From an uncultured delta proteobacterium (GTDB taxonomy: Bacteria > Desulfobacterota > Binatia > UBA9968): a stretch of 64,000 nt of DNA. A model generated the notes under the pieces. That model was not told the origin of the DNA. It worked only from the letters and a program-made list of their open reading frames with translations, and did not search any database. A program made the position numbers and the translations under genes. Shown here one piece after another: positions 20,813 to 32,263 of the stretch (its first letter is position 1; every line of letters begins with the position of its first letter). Location of the stretch: contig CAVXEP010000033.1 of NCBI GenBank assembly GCA_963760795.1, positions 57,192 to 121,191 on the forward strand. Direction: 5' to 3'.

Positions 20813-22979
20813 GTGGCGACGCCCCCGGAATCATTGACCCGCAGCGCTGGGCTCAGCCTGCCGCTGCTCGATCGGTTGGGCGCCGATAACGGCCGCAAGG
20901 CCGCCATCGGGCTCTTGGCGTTGATGGCATTGGCGCAGCTCGCCTTTGGCGAGACGGCATGGAGCCCAGTGCGGAACCTTTGGTTCGACGCTTATCAACG
21001 GGTGATGCCGCGTCAGGTTACTACCTTGCCGGCGGTGATCGTCGACATCGATGATGAAAGCCTGAAACAGTTCGGCCGCTGGCCCTGGCCGCGCACCCGC
21101 TTGGCGCAGCTGATCGATGCGAGCCATCGCTTGGGTGCCCTGGCGGTGGGTCTCGATATGATTCTGCCGGAGGCCGATAGCCAGTCGCCGCAGCGCTTGC
21201 TGGCCGAGCGTCAGGATGCACATCGCGCGAGATGCGCCAAGCGCTCGCCGCGCTGCCGTCCAACGATGCCATTCTCGCCAATACCTTGCGTCAAGTTCCG
21301 TCGGTGCTCGGACGCGCCGCGCTGATCGACGCGGCTGCCTGGGAAAGTCTTCGCTAGCGAACCAAACTCCAGCGCTGATTGCCGGCGAATCGCCACAGCG
21401 ATTCGCCCCGACCTATGAAGGGCAGATCGTTAATTTGCCGGAGCTTGAAGGGGTTGCCCATGGCCGCGGCTATTTGAACGATAGCCGCGACGGCGACGGG
21501 GTTGTCCGGAGTATGCCATTGGTGCTGAGCGTCAACGGCTCGATCGCGCCGGCTTTCGCCGTCGAGCTGTTGCGCGTGGCGACTGGCCAAGCGGCGTATT
21601 CCGTGCGCAGTGATCGAAACGGCATACTCGGAGTGCAGATCGGTACGTCATTCATTCCTACGGACCGCGACGGCAGCCTGCGTTTGTATTACTCGCTCGC
21701 TCATCGCTATCGGCGGGTGTCGGCGGCGGCGATTCTCCGCGGCGCTGTGGCACCCAAGGCGCTTGCGAATCAAGTGGCGATTATCGGGGCCACCGCCGTG
21801 GGCATCAGCGACGTCGCGGCAACGCCAGTAGGTTCACGCATGGACGGCGTCGAGATTCATGCACAGCTGGTCGAGAATATTCTATTCGGTGCCCGCCTGG
21901 TCCGGCCATCGGCGTCGCGCTGGTGGGAACTCTTTGCGCTGGTGATCTTCGGTATCGTCCTGATCGTGGCTCTACCCCGGCGTCGACCGGCCATCGGCGT
22001 CGCGTTGTATTGCGCCATCGCGGCAACGCTGGTGATCGCCAGCTTCGTCGCTTTTCAAAAGATTCGCGTGCTCTATGATCCGACACTGCCGGCGGCGGCC
22101 AATGGACTGGTGGTCGGTCTGCTACTGACGGCGGGATTTTCGACGGCTCTGCGGCGGCGCCGGGAACTCGATGCCGAATTGGCGGTCGAGCGCAACGAAC
22201 GGCTGCGCGCCGCCGGCGAGCTCCGTGCGGCGCGGGAAATTCAAATGGGCATGCTGCCCGATCCTGAATCGATCAATGGGATGCCGGCGAATCTCGATTT
22301 CTTCGCGTTGTTAGAACCAGCGCAAGAAGTCGGCGGCGATCTCTACGATGCCTTCATGCTCGACGACCGGCGGTTGTTTTTCATGATCGGCGACGTTTCC
22401 GGCAAGGGCGTGCCGGCATCGTTGTTCATGGCGCTGATCAAGACGCTATGCAAAAGCCTGGCGCGGCGCGAGCCATCGAACCTCGGCCAGGTACTCAGTT
22501 CGGTAAACGATGAAATCTCGCGGGAAAATCCGACGGCGATGTTCGTCACGGCGATTATCGGAGTCATCGATGGCGGTTCGGGGGAGTTGGAGCTCTGTAA
22601 CGCCGGCCACAATCCAGCGATTCTGTTGCGTCCGCGGGAAGCGCCGCGCGAGCTCGACCGCGCTGGCGGGCCGCCGCTTTGTCTCGATGATGGATTCACC
22701 TATCCGACGCAGCGGTTGCGGTTAGGCCGACGGCGATATTTTGCTGTTGATTACCGACGGTGTCACAGAGGCCGAAGATGGCGGCCAAGCGACAGTTTGG
22801 CATGGGGCGAACACTTCAGTGTTTGGCAAAGGAACCTCCGCGGCAGCGCCGCCGCGGTCTGTCAGATGCTACATGCCGAAGTGAAGGATTTTACTGATGA
22901 AGCTGCGCCATCCGACGATCTGACTCTGCTGGCGATTGGCTTTCGCAAAGCTTCGTCAGGAGCACCGTCCGCGCCGTGA
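20813..22979 (+). CDS. CHASE2 sensor + 3 TM + PP2C/SpoIIE phosphatase, several frameshifts
   Basis: IVDIDDESLKQFGRWPWPR and GVEIHAQLVENIL (CHASE2); AREIQMGMLP, VGGDLYD, GDVSGKG, NAGH, SDDLTLL (SpoIIE); frame breaks near 21220, 21340 and 22730-22800. Confidence 0.9.
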
Positions 22980-23065
22980 AGATTGCCTGGCTATAACGGT
23001 TTGAGACCTAACGAAGGCCGGCCGCGAAGTTTTTTCCGTCAGCCGGCTTATTCAATGCTTCGAAA

Positions 23066-23722
23066 TTAGCGCAGAATCACTTCGACGCGGCGGTTGCGTG
23101 CTTCGGGTTGCTCGTCGGCGCTGGGCACCAGCGGCTCCCGTTCGCCGCGGCCGACGGCGCGGATGAACATCGCTTTGATGCCGATCTGGACCAGCATCGC
23201 GCGCACGGATTCGGCGCGCTGTAGCGAGAGCCGGTCGTTGTCGGCGTCGCTGCCGACGCGGTCGGTGTGGCCGGTGACTTGGACTTCGACGGCTTGGCGG
23301 CGCGCCGCTTCCGCCATCAGCGCGTCGAGTTGCGGCCGCGACGCCGTAGTGACCTGGGTACTGTTGGTATCGAAGTAAAGCGTGAAGCTGATCGGCTTGG
23401 GTGGCTGAGCCGCCAGCGCCGCGGCGAAGGTTTGGTCGACTTCCGCGGCAGTGGGAGATTTTCGTTCGATCTTTCCTTCGCTGTCGACAGTTGCGCCACT
23501 GAACGGTTGGTCCAAAGTCAGCGCATGCGCTCCCTCGCCGACAATAACTGACGTGGGCGCGCCGCCCTCTTCCGGCAGCAGCACGACATAGGTGTTGATC
23601 TTGGGCGCGGGTTTGACCGTCGCGCAGCCGGCGAGTACGGCGCATGCCGCACTCGCGCAGAAGGCGTGACGCAGTCGCCGCTCGAGCCATGGCAGGCTCG
23701 GCGGAAAATCTTTATTCTTCAA
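23066..23722 (-). CDS. OmpA-family peptidoglycan-binding lipoprotein
   Basis: lipobox LAGC, LYFDTNS, VTGHTDRVG, NDRLSLQRA, RNRRVEV. Confidence 0.92.
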   Translation of the reverse strand: MKNKDFPPSLPWLERRLRHAFCASAACAVLAGCATVKPAPKINTYVVLLPEEGGAPTSVIVGEGAHALTLDQPFSGATVDSEGKIERKSPTAAEVDQTFAAALAAQPPKPISFTLYFDTNSTQVTTASRPQLDALMAEAARRQAVEVQVTGHTDRVGSDADNDRLSLQRAESVRAMLVQIGIKAMFIRAVGRGEREPLVPSADEQPEARNRRVEVILR

Positions 23723-24155
23723 CTTTGACTGCGAAGGTGGTGCCGCGCACGCCGAGGATGGTGGTCGGGGTTTTTACTTTCATGGCGTCGGGTGAGCGTT
23801 TGGCGATCTGCCCGGAGACCACCGCCAATGTGCCGCGCTGTACGTCGGTGACAAACTCGCCGTCTTGGGTGGTCGGATTGAAGCGGAACTGTTTGAGCTC
23901 GATGCGGCTATTGGGGCCGGCGGACAAACGCGAGCTGTCGATGAAGGTCAGGCCGACGGCGCCGTTGGCGCCGGTAATGAGTACATCGGACTGTTGCACC
24001 AGGTCGCCCGCCTTGGCCGGCTGCTGGACGTTTTGGCGCAGAATGAAAACTGCGCCGCTGACATTCTTGATCTGGCCGATGTCAGCGTAGGCGGATGACG
24101 CCGCGGCGACGATCAATCCCAGCAAAATAGGTAAAGCGCGGTAGTAATGAGTCAT
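23712..24155 (-). CDS. secreted FecR-domain protein
   Basis: signal peptide (AYA-D), GLTFIDSSRLSAGPNS, VKTPTTILGVRGT; start 24155 has a GGGAG RBS. Confidence 0.88.
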   Translation of the reverse strand: MTHYYRALPILLGLIVAAASSAYADIGQIKNVSGAVFILRQNVQQPAKAGDLVQQSDVLITGANGAVGLTFIDSSRLSAGPNSRIELKQFRFNPTTQDGEFVTDVQRGTLAVVSGQIAKRSPDAMKVKTPTTILGVRGTTFAVKVEE

Positions 24156-24243
24156 TAGTGCTCCCATCCCTCGGTTCGTTTCGCGGCCGGGTTCGTTCTC
24201 ACGGGTAACGCAGTGTAGCAAATCCAAGGTTGCGCCAGCAACC

Positions 24244-25320
24244 TCAGCTGCGTGAAACAACGGCGCGGATATTGTTCAGGAGAAAAATCACAATGGCGAG
24301 GGCATTGAGTATCCCGCCCCATGATTGTCCCCCTGGCACCAGAGCGAGATCGCCGGCGACGCGGAGCAGCAGAGAGAGATGCAGCAAACCGGCATGGAGA
24401 TAGAAAAGTTGGTGAAACGGCAAAGCCAGTTGGGTGATTGACGGTAGGATGATCGGCGCATGGGCGAAGATCATCGAGAAAACGAAGCCTAAAAAAACCA
24501 CGTGCAGCATGGCGTCGTAGAGCGGTCCGGCGCCGAAGAAGCGCGCGAACCAAATCCAGAAAACGCCGCCGATCGCGAGCCAAAAATAGCCGGCGATGAG
24601 GCCCGCGGACATGAAGCGCGGTAAGCCGGGTTGTCTAATGCTCTGCCAGGCGAGATCGTAGCGCAGCAGCCAAAGCGCGAGGGCGATCATGCCGGCGCCG
24701 GCGATGCGCACGCCGAGGCGGAACTCCCATGGCGATGTCACCAGGCCGGCAATTAAAATAATCACGGCGAGACGAAACGAATTGCGGACCCATGACTTTG
24801 GGCTGCGCAGGCGCGTCAGTTCGAGCCGTTCGCCGGCGATCATTAGAATTAGAAATCCGGCCCACCAAGGAACGATGCGATGCAGGGTCGTTTCGGTGAT
24901 CCAGAGCAGATTGCCGCAGGCAAGCACGGCGGCGCTCAACGCCATAAACACGAAATGCTCTTCAGGCTGGCGTTTATAAAGCTCGACGAAGAACCAAGTG
25001 AGCAGTAGGGCGGCGCCCGCGGCAAGGGCCGCTGTGATGGCGCTGGGCAAGTCGGTGAGCAATGAGAGCATGCTCAAGATGCTCAGTACCGGCACGCCGT
25101 AGAACCATCCGTGGTTCGTTGTGGCGGCGCGTTCCAGGCCGATCAACGTAAGCAGAAAGCCGATGGCCATCAGCGGTCCGTGCAGTGAGATTAAGAGCGG
25201 ACTCGGCAGCGGCAGAGCAAAGCCAAGCCGGGCCACGCCGATCCAGATGCCGAGAAACAGCGATAGGCCCGCGAGTGCGATGAAAAGGAAGCGAAAGGAG
25301 CGCGGCGGCGAAGCGATCAT
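24244..25320 (-). CDS. multi-pass membrane protein, NnrS-like
   Basis: about 11-12 hydrophobic segments; HGPLMAIGF, ERLEL, DAMLHVVFLGFVFSMIFAHAP. Confidence 0.6.
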   Translation of the reverse strand: MIASPPRSFRFLFIALAGLSLFLGIWIGVARLGFALPLPSPLLISLHGPLMAIGFLLTLIGLERAATTNHGWFYGVPVLSILSMLSLLTDLPSAITAALAAGAALLLTWFFVELYKRQPEEHFVFMALSAAVLACGNLLWITETTLHRIVPWWAGFLILMIAGERLELTRLRSPKSWVRNSFRLAVIILIAGLVTSPWEFRLGVRIAGAGMIALALWLLRYDLAWQSIRQPGLPRFMSAGLIAGYFWLAIGGVFWIWFARFFGAGPLYDAMLHVVFLGFVFSMIFAHAPIILPSITQLALPFHQLFYLHAGLLHLSLLLRVAGDLALVPGGQSWGGILNALAIVIFLLNNIRAVVSRS

Positions 25321-25345
25321 TCTTGCCTTTTGCGGCAATGTCGAT

Positions 25346-27131
25346 TTACACCGCGGCCGGTGTGTTGCCACCGGGGCCGGCGTGCATATCGTGGCGGACG
25401 CCGAAGCGGCGGCCGAAGTAGCGCACCAGGAGGGCGCCGCTGACGGTGAAAGCGATGATGAAAATGCTGATGATACTCGCGGCCTCACGGTTGCCGACGG
25501 CGTTGGACGAGAGTTCCAGCGCCATCAACGAGAGTGTCATGGTGTCGCGCGAAGCGAGGAGAATAATACTGCTGGTGGCGCCGGCGGCGGTGACGAAGTT
25601 CATCACCGCCAAGAGCACCATGGTCGGCATCAACAGCGGCAGCCAGATTTTGCAGTAGGTTCGAATCCAACCGGCGCCGGAGACCCGCGCGGCTTCCTCC
25701 ATGTCGGCGCCGACCTGTACGAGTACGCCTTTCATAATGTTTACACCGGTGGTTTTGCCTTGCAGGATGACCACGATAATGAGCGCCCAAATGGTGCCGA
25801 AGAGCGCGTTCAAACCAGGCGTGCCGATAAACACCCAAAGCAACCCAAGGCCGGCGAGGATGCCGGGTATCGCGCCGGCGCCCCATATCATCAGATCCAG
25901 CGTCGCGCGTCCGGGGAGCTGCGTGCGCACAAGCAGATAGGCGAGCACGGAAAATATCAGCGGGCTCAAGACCGCCGCCGTCAGTGCCAGCGTTAGAGTC
26001 GTGCGCAGCGCTTTCACGAACACCGGGTCGGAGAGCACCAAGCGCCAATGTTCAAGGGTAAAGCCCAAGACAAAGTAGCCGATGCGCTGCATGAAACTGC
26101 CGAGAACGAGAATCAACATGGGGCCGAAGGTCAAGAGGGACAAGAGCGTGGCGAGGATGGCAAAGGCAATGAAATTGCCCTTGCCGAGATCGATGAGGCC
26201 GGGGCGAAAACTGCCGGTGATGGTCGTGTAACGGCGCCGCTCCAAGATCCAGCGCTGCAGCGGAATGATCAAAACGATCATCAAGAGGGTGATGCTCGCC
26301 AGCACGGTGGCTTCGCCGTAGTTGGGGACAGCGCTGCGCACCAGAGAATAGACTTTGGTCGAATAAACGTAGAAGCCAAACGGTACGCCGAGCAAGTACT
26401 CGGTCTCGAAGGACTGAAAAACCCGCAGCAACTGCAGCGCGAACACCATGATCATCGGCGAGATCATCAGCGGCAACGTGACTTTGAAAAGAGTTCGTAA
26501 ATTGCTCGCGCCGCCGACCCGGGCCGCTTCTTCCAGGGTCGCGTCCATGTTGCGAAAGGCCGGGGTCATGAGCATGACTTTGATCGAGATGCCATGGCCC
26601 ATGAGGTTGGCCCAGACGATGCCGGGCACGCTAAAAATATTGAAAGGCCCCTGCTCCAAACCGAAGAGATTTTTCAATCCGACGTTGATCATGCCGATAT
26701 CGGGGTCGAGCAAGGTGATCCAGGCGATGGTCGTCGGCAAGCTGGGCACCATGTAGGAAACCCAGAATAGGAATTCCAAGGTCCGGCTGCATGGAATCTT
26801 GGTGCGGGCGAGCAGCCAGGCGATGCCCACTCCGAAGGGAAAACTGATGCCCACCGTCAACGACCAGATGAGCAGCGAATTGCCCAGCGAGCGCAAGCAG
26901 TCCAGGGCGCTGAAAGGCGTTGACCCAGTGGGTGACGCCCCAGCGGCGCGGCTCGACGAACCAGTCGGTGGCGGCGTTGAAGCTGTTGATCAGCAACAGG
27001 AGCACCGGCCATATAAGAAAATATCCAAGGGAAACGAGCACCACCGCCATCAGGAAGTGGCCGCGGGTGAGACGCGGCGCGGGCAGGGCGCGAGGCATGA
27101 CTACCTGATCGATGGTTGGCGATTGTTCCAC
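25346..27131 (-). CDS. ABC transporter permease (FbpB-like, double module), frameshift near 26890
   Basis: two EAA loops (LEEAARVGGA, MEEAARVSGA); N-terminus lies in ORF 26631-27131. Confidence 0.9.
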
Positions 27132-27143
27132 GGGGAATTAATA

Positions 27144-27240
27144 GTTCCAGCCGATCCAGTGGTTCCAATCGTTCCAGTCGTCTCGATCGATGGCTGTCGT
27201 TAACAACTGGAACTTTTGGAGTTATTGAACCTTTGGAACT
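27144..27240. repeat. nonamer-periodic GTTCCA/TGGAAC inverted array
   Basis: GTTCCAGCCGATCCAGTGGTTCCAATCGTTCCAG ... CTGGAACTTTTGGAGTTATTGAACCTTTGGAAC inside the ABC operon. Confidence 0.75.
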
Positions 27241-27248
27241 TGTCTTTC

Positions 27249-28431
27249 TTATTTTTGCCGACTCTCCCAGAGTTTGAAAATCCACTTCTGCACTTCTTCG
27301 GTTTTTCGCCGCTGGTCGGGTCGGCGTCGGGGAAGGCGTATTCTTTACCGTAAGCCGCGGCGCTGCTGCGGCGACGACTTCACCGAACGGGACATCGTTG
27401 CGCAACGACGAGCGATCGAGATTGGGAATCAAGCGTGTGCGTTAGCGTCTGGCCTTCCTTGGTCAGAAACCAATTGATGAATAGTTTGGCGGCGTTGGCA
27501 TGGGGTGCGCTGGCGAAAGCCGAGATGCAGCAGCCCGAACCAGACGCCCGCAGGACGCCGGCTTTCTTGACCAGAGAAGCGCGCTTTGATCGGCAAGCCC
27601 TTTGCGCGCGAGGGCGACATACTCTTCGGTGCCGGTGGCGACAAATTGCAGCGGAAAGCGGCCGTTGACGAGCCAGGTCTCGAGGATGCGCCGGTCGTCG
27701 CTGAAGGTGACGCCGGTGTTGACCATGTAGCTGCTTGACCCATTCGGGGCCGCGGTCCGGCTCGAAATAGCTGTCGATCATTTGGCGAATGCCGGACGGG
27801 TCGCCCATGCCTTGGCCGGCGATTTTGCCTTTCCATCGGGATCGAAGACGTCGGTCTGTTTGACGAGCGTGGCGATTTCGGCTTCTTTGATTTTCTCGGT
27901 GTTGTACCAGATCTCATATTGGTCTTCCAAACCGGCGTGGTAGATCAAGGCGAACTTGCTGAACTTATCGGCGTACATATGCTTGCCCTCTGTACCACTT
28001 CGACATGTCGATGACTTCGGGATGAAATAGCAGTGGCGGCAGTCGGCATCAACGAGTCGGACGGCACCAAGCGCTGCTGATTTTCGCGCGAGCTGATCAA
28101 CGCCACGTCGACGGTATACTTGCCGCCCTTTGCGCTCGGCCAAGACGCGATTGACGGTGTCGGTGGCGTTGCCGGTGGAGACCTCGACCTTGATGTTGAA
28201 TTTCTTGCTGAAGGCGTCGACCACCGGACGATATTGGCGCGACGGCGCGCCGCCGGAAGCGATGGACAGCGTGCCTTCCTGCTGTGCCGCGGTGATGAGT
28301 TTGGACCATTCTTGCTCGAAATTGGCCGTCGCGGCGGCGCCGAAAGCGCTGCTTGCGCTGAGGAAAAAGAACAGGACGGATCCGAACCATCGCGGCAAAT
28401 ACTCGTTTGCCGGTTTGCGAAGAGTGTTCAT
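27249..28431 (-). CDS. ABC transporter substrate-binding protein, multiple frameshifts
   Basis: pieces in successive frames: signal peptide, WSKLITAAQQEG, APHANAAKLFINWFL. Confidence 0.8.
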
Positions 28432-28447
28432 TAGTTCTCCAAATTTC

Positions 28448-29643
28448 TCAATCGTTTTTAAGCGACCAATCCGACGACCACGCGCTGTGGCCGTCGGGGC
28501 GCAGCTTGAGCCAGACTTTACTGCCTTCGTCGATGGGTTGATGACGTTCGCCGTAGAGGAGCACTGTCGCTCTTGGCCTTCGACTTCGACCTGGTATTCG
28601 ATGCGCTCGCCGATGAACAACGCTGCCTGGGCGGTGCCGCCGATCATTCCAGACGGCGGCGTTGTGCCGTTCGCCGGTAATATTTCAACGTCTTCCGGGC
28701 GCACACCGATATAAACCGCGGCGCCGGTTTTGATGCCATCGGGATGATAGGTTCGGCCGAAGACCACGCAGTCCGGCGCGCCTTCGAGAGCGATGGCCAA
28801 TTGTCCCGACGGATTGCCGCTCTGCACCTTGCCTTTGAAGAGCAAGGTTCGGCCGACGAAGTCGCGGACGAATTCATTGGCCGGCTTTTCATAGAGCAAA
28901 TGGGGATCGCCTTGCTTGCTGGACCACGCCGAAATTCATCAGCGCGATGCGATTGGATAAACTGAGCGCTTCGATCTGATCATGGGTGACGAACAGCATG
29001 GCGATGTTCAATCTTTTTTGCAGCAGCTTGACGCCGATGCGCATCTGTTCGCGCAATTTCGCGTCGAGGTTGCTGAACGGCTCGTCGAGCAGCAGCACGC
29101 GCGGTTCGGTGACCAGTGCGCGGGCGAAGGCGACACGCTGTTGCTGGCCGCCGCTCAGGAGCGGCCCCGGCCGATCTTCAAAGCCGGCCAAGCCGACCAG
29201 ATCGAGGGCTTTCAACACGCGGTCCTTTGATTTCGCTCTTGGGAAAGTGGCGCGCGTGGAGCGGAAACGCGACGTTTTCGGCCACCGTCATGTGCGGCCA
29301 GATGGCGTAGGACTGAAACACCATGCCGACATTGCGCTTGTCCGGCGGCATGAACAGCCGTTTGGCGGTCATGACCACGGCCTGATCGCCGAAAAGAATA
29401 TCGCCCGCGTCGGGATGTTCCAGGCCGGCGACCATTCTCAACGTGGTGGTCTTGCCGCAGCCGCTGGGGCCGAGCAGTGTGAGGATCTCGCCGTCGTGAA
29501 TGTCGATGGAGAGGTTTTGCACCGCCGGTTTGCTGCTGCCGGTGTAGGTCTTCCACAGGCCGCGCAGGCTGACGGCGATCGTTGGCAGTATTCTCGGCTG
29601 CTGCCGTTGTCATGGCGGCTAATGTTGGCGCGGCGCTCGTCAT
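28448..29643 (-). CDS. ABC transporter ATP-binding protein with TOBE domain, multiple frameshifts
   Basis: [30 protein letters not shown] and FVTHDQIEA spread over successive ORFs. Confidence 0.88.
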
Positions 29644-29768
29644 GGTGCTGATTCTTCTACACGAAAGTCTGAGCGGACTCTAGAGGGAATGTTGGCAGGC
29701 GGGCTTAAAACCCGCCCTTGTACGAAGATGGACGCAAAACATTTCGCTGTTCGTACCGGAATTTTCGT

Positions 29769-29830
29769 GTAGGGGCAGGCCCCCGTGCCTGCCCTTGATG
29801 AAAAGGGCAACCACAGGGGGTTGCCCCTAC
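29769..29830. repeat. GTAG REP doublet (REPIN-like)
   Basis: GTAGGGGCAGGCCCCCGTGCCTGCCC ... GGGCAACCACAGGGGGTTGCCCCTAC; another palindrome GGCGGGCTTAAAACCCGCC near 29698. Confidence 0.85.
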
Positions 29831-29873
29831 AATGATCAATGCCGAATTCGTGGTGGATTAATGATGCACACGG

Positions 29874-30897
29874 TTAGAATCCCTTGGCGTCTTCTTTCAT
29901 ATAGAAGCCAAGCTTTTTCATCGCCGGCCAGTCGTCGATGGAGAAAAGGATCGTGTCGTCGCCGTTGGTATTCTCGTGATGGTGCCAGGTCCACGCCGGC
30001 ACGGCGAAGATGTCGCCTTTGTGGTATTCCAACCGTTCGCCGTCGATGACCACCGCGCCGGCGCCTTCGAACGCGAAGTAGAAGGTGGTGCTGTTGTGGC
30101 GGTGCGGCATGGTTTTTTGTTTTTTCGCTAGCAGCTGCGCTTGCCAGGCGATGGTCGGCAGCGTCGGGCCGCCGTCCACCGGACTGGCGAGCATGATCAT
30201 CACGCCGTCGTAGGGATCGCTCTCGTTGTTTTCGCGCAGCGCCATCAGCGCCGCGTGGGTGTCGGCCCAGGGGTAGCGCATGGGCGGCAGCGGAAACGGC
30301 GCTTCGTTGCGCGATCGGCCGCGCCAAGCCAAGCGTGCGTTGGCCGTAGCCCGAGGGCTTCTTTACTTCTTCGTACGGGCTATCATTGGGAAAGCGCTCG
30401 TTGATGTTGACGTTGGGATTATAGCCGTTGTCGTAGCCGTCGATCCAGATCGCCGGCGTCTTGTCTTTGTTCCAGTGATCGTGGTAGGTCCACGCCGGGC
30501 TGATGACGACATCGCCGCGCTCCATCGGGTAGGCTTCGTATTCGCAGACGAATACCGCGTCCTTGGGCGCTTCGCAGACCAAACGGGTTTCGCTGCGCAG
30601 GTTGCGGTGGCACTGGGTGCGCTCGCCGGGCATGAGAATTTGCGCGTTCATCCAGATCGGGAAGTTCTTGGCTTCGATGCCGACCACCGAACGCATGCCG
30701 GTCATGCCGTTAGGCCCAACCGTGACGATCTCGCCGGACCGTTGAAGACCGCGGTAAATGCCGTCCCAGTTCCAGTGCGCCGCGGTCTTGCCCGCGCGTG
30801 GCGTTACCCGCTTGTCGCGTTTCAGTCCCGCGCCGACTAAATAGTGATCGCCTAAGAATCGTTCGAGGTCTTCGTGAGTCGTGCCGACGTCACTCAT
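29874..30897 (-). CDS. bicupin dioxygenase (gentisate 1,2-dioxygenase-like), frameshift near 30320
   Basis: two cupin modules: PGERTQCHRN...PAWTYHDH and PHRHNS...PAWTWHHH; YPWADT and GPTLPT motifs. Confidence 0.82.
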
Positions 30898-30927
30898 TTT
30901 ATCTCCTCGCTGGGCTTTTAAAGCCAA

Positions 30928-30997
30928 TTGGAACGATTGGAACCCTTGGAACGTTTGGAACGGGTTCCAGTAGTTCCATCGGTTTCAATCGTTCCAG
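30928..30997. repeat. nonamer-periodic TGGAAC/GTTCCA inverted array
   Basis: TTGGAACGATTGGAACCCTTGGAACGTTTGGAACGGGTTCCAGTAGTTCCATCGGTTTCAATCGTTCCAG. Confidence 0.8.
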
Positions 30998-31007
30998 GCG
31001 GTATCGC

Positions 31008-32162
31008 TCAATCGTTTAAGTGAAAATACCGTACACAATTATCAACCAGCATGGCGCGCAGCTCGTTTTCCGGCACGCCGGCGAAGTCTTCTGCCAGGTA
31101 TTTTTGCGAGTTGGGATAGTCGCTGGCGGCGTGGGCGAAGTCGGTGCCCCACATGAGCTTGTCGTAACCGATGCTGTCGCGCCGTTTAATGCCCACCGGA
31201 TCGCGCAGAAAGCCCCAGTAGTTGCGATCCTTGATGTATTCGCTCGGCATGCGCTCCAACTTCGGCAGTCCCCAGGCGTCGTGGATCATGCCCATGTAGC
31301 GTTTGTAATGGTCGTCGACCTGCCACAGGCCGTACTCTAACCAGCCGACCATGGTTTCCGCCCAGTAAAGTTCCAATTTGGGAAAACGATCCCAGACACC
31401 GGCGAAGGCCATCTGCAGTGGCGCGGTCATGGCGTCGTTGGTGAAGCGGGTAAAAAATTTGAACGCATCTTTCTGGTGCACGTCGTGGCCGGGATCCTTG
31501 GCATAGAGATAATCGGGCTCGCCTTTGCCGGAACCCATGTTGCCGGTGTTGTGATTGGTCAGCGCCATGCGCAGGTCGAGGGCGGCGGCCCAGAATTTGT
31601 CGTCGTCGGCGGTGGGATAACTCTTACCGCTCGGATAGCGATCGAGTTTGACGCCTCTCATGCCCAATTTGGCGCAATGTTCCATTTCTTTAATCGCGTC
31701 GTCGACGCCGGTGGTGGGAAGGGTGCCCATGCAAACCAAGCGGTCGGGTGCCGGCGCGCTGTATTCTTCGCCGAGAAATTCGTTATAGGCGCGAATGCAG
31801 TCGCGGTAGAAATCGTCGTCCTTGGTCTGACGCAGGACGAAGGTGATCTGTGAGAAGAGAATTTCGCAATCGATGCCGTCCTGATCTTGTTCGGCCAACC
31901 GTTGCTGTGGCGAGCCGGTGCCGGCGCAGGTCTCGAAGGTCGGCACTTGCTTGGCGAGATCGGCATGGGCGACGCGCACGCTGCGCGTGATGCCGATGGT
32001 GTTCGGTTTGCCGCCGTCGATGACCACGGCATCCGAACCGTTGGCCATTTTTACTCGCTTCGGCGCGCGCTCGCGATACTTCGCTTGAACGCGGTCGCGC
32101 CAGATGTCGGGATTCAAATCGATATGGCCGTCGCCGGAAATGCATTTGTACTGCCTTGCCAT
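31008..32162 (-). CDS. amidohydrolase_2 family protein
   Basis: ISGDGHI, RAYNEFL, DRFPKL...AET, MWGTDFAH. Confidence 0.9.
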   Translation of the reverse strand: MARQYKCISGDGHIDLNPDIWRDRVQAKYRERAPKRVKMANGSDAVVIDGGKPNTIGITRSVRVAHADLAKQVPTFETCAGTGSPQQRLAEQDQDGIDCEILFSQITFVLRQTKDDDFYRDCIRAYNEFLGEEYSAPAPDRLVCMGTLPTTGVDDAIKEMEHCAKLGMRGVKLDRYPSGKSYPTADDDKFWAAALDLRMALTNHNTGNMGSGKGEPDYLYAKDPGHDVHQKDAFKFFTRFTNDAMTAPLQMAFAGVWDRFPKLELYWAETMVGWLEYGLWQVDDHYKRYMGMIHDAWGLPKLERMPSEYIKDRNYWGFLRDPVGIKRRDSIGYDKLMWGTDFAHAASDYPNSQKYLAEDFAGVPENELRAMLVDNCVRYFHLND

Positions 32163-32263
32163 GGAAGACGATCCTTTCGTACTGCCGGATATGCTTTATA
32201 AACTAGATTGACGTTTCACTGTCAACCCGCCGGCGTTTCGGAGATGGCAATTGCTGCTGTGGC

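Noticed and set aside
20813-29643. Programmed frameshifting or phase variation as the cause of split genes
   Set aside because: The breaks are numerous, affect unrelated genes and lack long slippery tracts; sequencing error is more parsimonious.
27144-30997. TGGAAC/GTTCCA repeats as a CRISPR array
   Set aside because: Units are 9 bp apart with no 25-45 bp unique spacers, they are arranged as inverted arrays, and no cas genes are present.
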